The notes under the pieces: generated by a model | Databases searched by the model: none | What the model saw: the letters and a program-made list of their open reading frames with translations, nothing else | What the model was told of the DNA's origin: nothing | Shown: piece after piece, positions 56,676 through 64,000 of the stretch | Layout of the letters: each line of letters opens with the position of its first letter | How positions within the stretch are numbered: the first letter of the stretch is position 1 | Program-made: the position numbers and the translations under genes | Source: Dictyostelium discoideum | Taxonomy: Eukaryota | Reading direction: 5' to 3' | DNA length: 64,000 bases | Assembly: GCA_000004695.1 (NCBI GenBank) | Contig: CM000154.2 | Span: forward strand, 5,056,001-5,120,000

Positions 56676-57298
56676 TTAAAAAATATAAAAAAATAAATAA
56701 ATAAATAGACACAAACCATATATAAAATAGATTGAACTACCTAAAGCGGTCCAAGCAGCAACTCTGTAAAATGATGGTGTATCCAAATGCATAATAAAGA
56801 ATGTATTTACAACAATGCCAAGGCATGGTAAAATTGGATTGAATGGACATCTAAGAAAATAAATAAAAAAAATAAAAAAAAATCGATTAGTCGTTTGGAA
56901 AAGAATTATAATAATAAATATACTATACAAAATAAATAAATACCTGAAAGAAGTTGGAATATTAATTTGTTTTTTCAACCAAACTAAACCAATAATAACA
57001 GCTTGACAAGCTCCGAGTGCAATTTGTATCCACATATTCCATCCCAATTTACTTGAAATACCAAAAACGCATGCAAAAACGAATAAAATTAATAAGATAA
57101 AAGCAGATGGGAATCCATCTTCACCACCATCCTCTCTTCTAAAACGCATCACAACAACACCCGCACAAACTGCTGTGAATGCTAATAATGTACCAATACT
57201 AATCATATTTGTAAGATTATCTAAATCTAAAACAATTGCTAAAATTGATGCAAATACACCCTAAATAAATAAAAGAAAAAAAAAAAAAAAAGAAATGT

Positions 57299-57347
<49 letters not shown>

Positions 57348-58603
57348 TAATACAAACAGTAAAAACTGTACCAAATACTGGTACTTGTTTCTTATTCATT
57401 GAAGTGAATTTTTCAAAGAATAAACCATCCTTTGCCATTTGTAAGTAAATACGTGGTTGACCTAATAGAGAGCAAAGTGTTGAAGCGGTTAAAGAAGTTA
57501 AAGTACCACAAGCGATGATCATGGCAGCCCATTTCATATCGAGACCATTGCCAATGAAAGCATCAGATAATGGAGAACCTTGACTGACATCAAGATAGTT
57601 GACCATACCAGATAAGACCAAAGTGACACCTATATATAAAGTGGTTGCAATTACCAAAGTACCAACGATACCAATTGGTAAATCTCTCTTTGGATTCTTT
57701 ACCTCACCAGCCAAAGTGGTGACAGAATCGAAACCAACATAACTAAAGAAAACCACAGAGCAACCACTGAAAACACCAGTCATACCAAAAGGAAGGAATG
57801 GTGTCCAATTGGATCTATCTACATGGATTGAACCTAAAATGATGAAAAAGGTGATGGTAAGAAGATTGATTGCAGTGATTGCCATATTGAAACGTGCTGA
57901 ATCCTTGATACCAAACACTAAAATGATGGTGCAAATTACAATGATCACTGGTGCAACTGGATTAATGTTTATCCACTCGTTAATACTATAACCACTGATC
58001 CATTGGGGTGCTTCTTTACCAAAGATTTTGAAAATCACTTGAAAATAACCAACCCATCCTCTTGCTACTGCCGATGCTGAAATTGCATACTCTAATGTGA
58101 GATTCCATCCTACAAACCATCCCATAAATTCTCCTAATGATACGTAAGCAAATGTATATGCACTACCTGAAACTGGAATACGAGCTGAAAACTCTGAATA
58201 ACAAAATGCTGATATTAAACATGCTATTGCTGAAAATAAAAATGATAATAATGTACCTGGTCCTGCTTTTGTAGCAATCGCTATACCAATTGAAACAAAA
58301 ACACCTGCTCCAACTGTACTACCAATACCTAAAAATATTTATAGTTTTAATTTTTTTTTTTTTTTTTATTTTTTTTTTTTAATTAATTATTTCTCTTTCT
58401 CCGTTCGGTAATTTTTTTTTTTTTTCTTCATCTTTATACATACCATATGAAATAATATCAATTATAGATAGACATTTGTTTAAAGAAGCTTCAGAGTCTT
58501 CACCATCTTTAGGTCCATTTAATGGATACTTTCTAATTATAGAATTTAAATTATATGGATTTCTTTTTTTAACCAACGGTGAATATTTACTGCTATAATT
58601 CAT
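56676..58603 (-). CDS. cationic amino-acid transporter (APC superfamily, SLC7A1-4-like)
   Basis: Four exons: 58444..58603 (MNYSS...LNKCLSIIDIISY, donor G|GTATGT), about 57358..58328 (GIGSTVGAGVFVSIG...12 TM-type helices, weak donor ACT|GTTTGT), 56944..57260 (GVFASILAIVLDLDNLTNMISIGTLLAF, donor AG|GTATTT) and 56676..56850. The rebuilt signature LSIIDIISYGIGSTVGAGVFV matches the CAT consensus. About 550 aa. Confidence 0.75.
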
Positions 58604-58654
58604 TTTTTTTTTTTTTTGTTTATATATTTATTTATTTGTTTTTATTTTTATTTT

Positions 58655-58698
<44 letters not shown>

Positions 58699-58810
58699 GG
58701 ATTAAAATATATTTATATTAAAAATAAAAAAAATTATTAATAATAATAAATAAAATAATAATAAATAAATTTTTATTTCTGGGGGGACCCCGAATAAAAA
58801 AATAAAGAAA

Positions 58811-58851
<41 letters not shown>

Positions 58852-59831
58852 AAAAAAATAAAAAAAAAAAAAAAAAAAATAAAAAAAAAAAAAAACCCCA
58901 GGGAAAATTGATTTTTAAGATTAAAATTAAAAAAACTAAAAAAAAAGTAATTAGATATTTCCATTGATAGAAATTATTCTCGAAATTCGATTTTCTTTTG
59001 ATTATAAAAAAATATCTTAATTGATGATCACATCTTTGCAAAAAAAAAGACAACAATAAATAAAATTTTTAAAAAATCAGATTTTTTTTTGTGTAACTCA
59101 ATAAATGTGAAACTTTTTTTATTTTTTTTATTTTTTTATTTAAATTTAATTTCTTCTTTTCTTTTTTTTTTTTTTTTTTTATTTTATTTAAATTTAATTT
59201 CTTCTTTTATTTTTGTACATTAATTTGTATGATTCTTTTGGTTATAAATTTTACTTTCCAAAATCTTTTATTTGATTAATTGCCTTAACAGTTTCTTTGT
59301 GTAAATTTGGAACATCATAGTTTTGTGAATAATAAATACCTAATGCCAATCAATTTGTATAAGTAAACATTATTTTTCCTTATTATTTTTATTACTTTGT
59401 TTTTATTATAATAATTACCTGAAATGGCACCTAATGTGAAGATCAAAGTGTTTTTTATTATAGTCATTGGGTCTTTGTTAATTAAAAAAAAAATAAAACA
59501 AATGAAAAAAAAAAAATAAAAAAAAAGATTAAAAAAATTTGAAAAAAAAAAAAAATAAAAAAAATAAAAATAGTGAAAAAAAAATAAAAAATAAAAATAA
59601 ATTGACAGCCATAAAAAATTAAAAAAAAATGCAGTGTATTAGCTGGCACTGTTTTTACTTTGCATTGGTGAGGCATAAAGATTTTTTTGATTGTTTCATC
59701 ACTAAATTAATAATTCACTTAATTTCAAAAAATTGTAATAAATATAAAAAAAAAAAAAAATTAGATGTGTCATTTTTTTAATCTTTTCTTTTTATTTATT
59801 TTTGCAGTTGTGATTTAAGTTAGAAAAAAGC

Positions 59832-59862
<31 letters not shown>

Positions 59863-60416
59863 AAAAAAAAAATAAATAAATAAATAAAAAGATAAATAAA
59901 ATGAATAACCAATTATAATTAAAATTTTTTTAAAAAAATTAAAATAACATGTACTTTTTTTTTTTTTTTTTTTTTATGAGTGGTAATATCACAAATATGC
60001 TCATTAAAAGTATTTTCAGATAATCATACTTTTTTTTTGTGTATTTTTTTTCTTTTTTATTTTTTATTTTTTATTTTTTTATTTTTTTTTTTTGGTTGAA
60101 AAGCTGAAACCAAAAAAAAAGAAAAGGATTAAAAAAAAAAAAAAAACCAAAGTGATCACTTTATTTTATATATACAATACCATTTTTATTATTATTTATT
60201 TATTTATTTCTATTATAATAGGAGAGAATTAACAATTGTTATTGGTTTTTTTTTTATTTATTTTTTAATTTTTTTTTTAAATTTTTTTTTTTTTTTTAAT
60301 TTAAAATTCAACTTCAAATAAAAAACATTAATAACAGAAGAACATTACTTAAATTGCCTTTTCTTTTTTTTCCTTTTTTTTTTTTTTTTTTTTTTACTAA
60401 AAAAAAAAAAAAAAAA

Positions 60417-62404
<1,988 letters not shown>

Positions 62405-62766
62405 TTAAATAATAAAATAAAAGAATAAAAATAAAATAAAACCAATATTTGGAAATAATTTTCAAAAAATTAAATCAAAGTGATAAAACAAATTCCATTT
62501 GTAAAAATAAAAAACAATTTAAAATTAAATTACATTTTAAAAGTTTTCATTTTTTATTTTCTTTGTTTGTTTTTTTTTTTTTTTTTTTTTTTTTTCTTTT
62601 AAAAGAAGAAAACAAAAAAAAAAAAAAAAAAAATTATTCTAAAAAAATAAAAAAAATTAAAGTATAATAAAAAAAAAAAAAAAAGAAAGAATATTTTTAT
62701 ATGTATATTTGATTTTTATTCTTTGGTAGGTAAAATCTCTCTTCCATTTATTATTTATTTTCTATT

Positions 62767-62804
<38 letters not shown>

Positions 62805-62946
62805 ACTTCTTTGTTTTGGTCCAAAATCCAATTTGATCATTAAAAAAAAAAAAAAAAAAAATTTAAAAAAAAAAGAAAAAAAAAAAATTATTTTTTTGAA
62901 AATCAATCAGCCAAAATTTTTTTTTTTTTTAAAACCTTTCTGGTTT

Positions 62947-62987
<41 letters not shown>

Positions 62988-63511
62988 AAATTATCACAAA
63001 CACACACACAATCACACAAGTGGTGTTTTAGTAATTATAATATTGTAATTTAATAATTCATATTCGTTTAGATCATCCATAATTTAATTCAAATTTACAA
63101 TTGTAATTTTACCACAAATTTCTATTTTTTAAAATCACTTTTATTTTATTTTTACTTTTTTAATCTTCAAATTTCTAAAATATTATTTGTTTTTATATAA
63201 TTTATTTTTTTTATTTTACTTTTTTTTTATTTTTTTATTTTTTTATTATTATTATTTTTTTTATTAATCTATTATTATTATTTATTTATTACTTAATATT
63301 ACATTATCATTTATACATTTATTTGTTATATCTAAAGTTTTTATTTTATTTTATTTTCTTGATCATAAACATTACAAAGTGTAAAATCAATAATTGGAAT
63401 AAAAAAAAAAAAAAAAAATAAAATAAAAAAAAATCCTTGGTGGTAGTATTTTTTTTTATATTATTATTATTATTTCCAAATCAAATTGTCTAAAAATAGT
63501 ACATATTATTA

Positions 63512-63582
<71 letters not shown>

Positions 63583-64000
63583 TTTTACTGTGGAATGACA
63601 CAAACTAATTTCATTATGAGAAAGTACCATTTATATATTAAAAAAAAAAAAAAAACAATAATTGCAAGTGGCATTAAAAGGAATTTTTTATTTATTAAAT
63701 TGTTAATAAATTTGTGAAGTATACAATTTATTATAAAAAAAAAAAAAAAAAAAAAAAAACAAAAATGCATATCACCATTAATAGTGTTATAATAATTATT
63801 TTTTTTAGTATCATTTTTATTTTTGGTTTTCCTTTTTTCATACTGTTTTTGTGGGTTTGGAAATTGTTTTATACATTAAATTTCAATCATATTAATAGAT
63901 AAATAAAATATTTTTAACACCATCCACACACCAAAATTATTTAATTTTTTTTTTTTTTTTTAATTTTTTTTTTTTTTTTTTAATTTGTTTTTTGTGTGTG

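Overview
The window is AT-rich (roughly 75-80% A+T), gene-dense nuclear DNA with the hallmarks of Dictyostelium discoideum or a close dictyostelid. Start codons sit in AAAATG context. Introns are short (about 70-190 nt), AT-rich, and bounded by GTAAGT/GTATGT/GTAAAT donors and (T)nAG acceptors. Coding regions carry CAA/AAT triplet runs (poly-Gln/Asn), and intergenic DNA is full of homopolymer and (ATT)n tracts. The ORF track appears to accept GTG/TTG as starts, so gene models were built by hand from splice signals and reading-frame continuity. I support about 27 protein-coding genes. Recognisable ones are an alpha/beta-hydrolase esterase, a Vip1-like RRM protein, CLN3/battenin, a Maestro HEAT-repeat protein, major vault protein, glycogen phosphorylase 2 with a Gln-rich N-terminal extension, nucleoporin Nup155, a GNAT acetyltransferase, a cathepsin-L-like cysteine protease, a NUBPL/Ind1-like Fe-S ATPase, an EFM7-like methyltransferase, a TALE homeobox protein with an extreme poly-Asn tract, NDUFV2, a tetraspanin, S-adenosylmethionine synthetase, an AIM24-family protein, DHX8/Prp22, a cationic amino-acid transporter and a GPR107/108-like Lung-7TM protein. 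I found no tRNA, rRNA, CRISPR or intact transposon. For the hunt, the candidates for undescribed biology are a tandem pair of secreted Cys-rich paralogs with no recognisable domain, a three-module Cys-rich locus with anomalous exon ends, a tandemly duplicated conserved noncoding element downstream of cln3, a repeat-flanked GC-normal island with an ATG-less ORF, a 29-bp inverted repeat at a convergent gene junction, and co-location of two complex-I Fe-S genes. Several exon junctions remain uncertain and are flagged.
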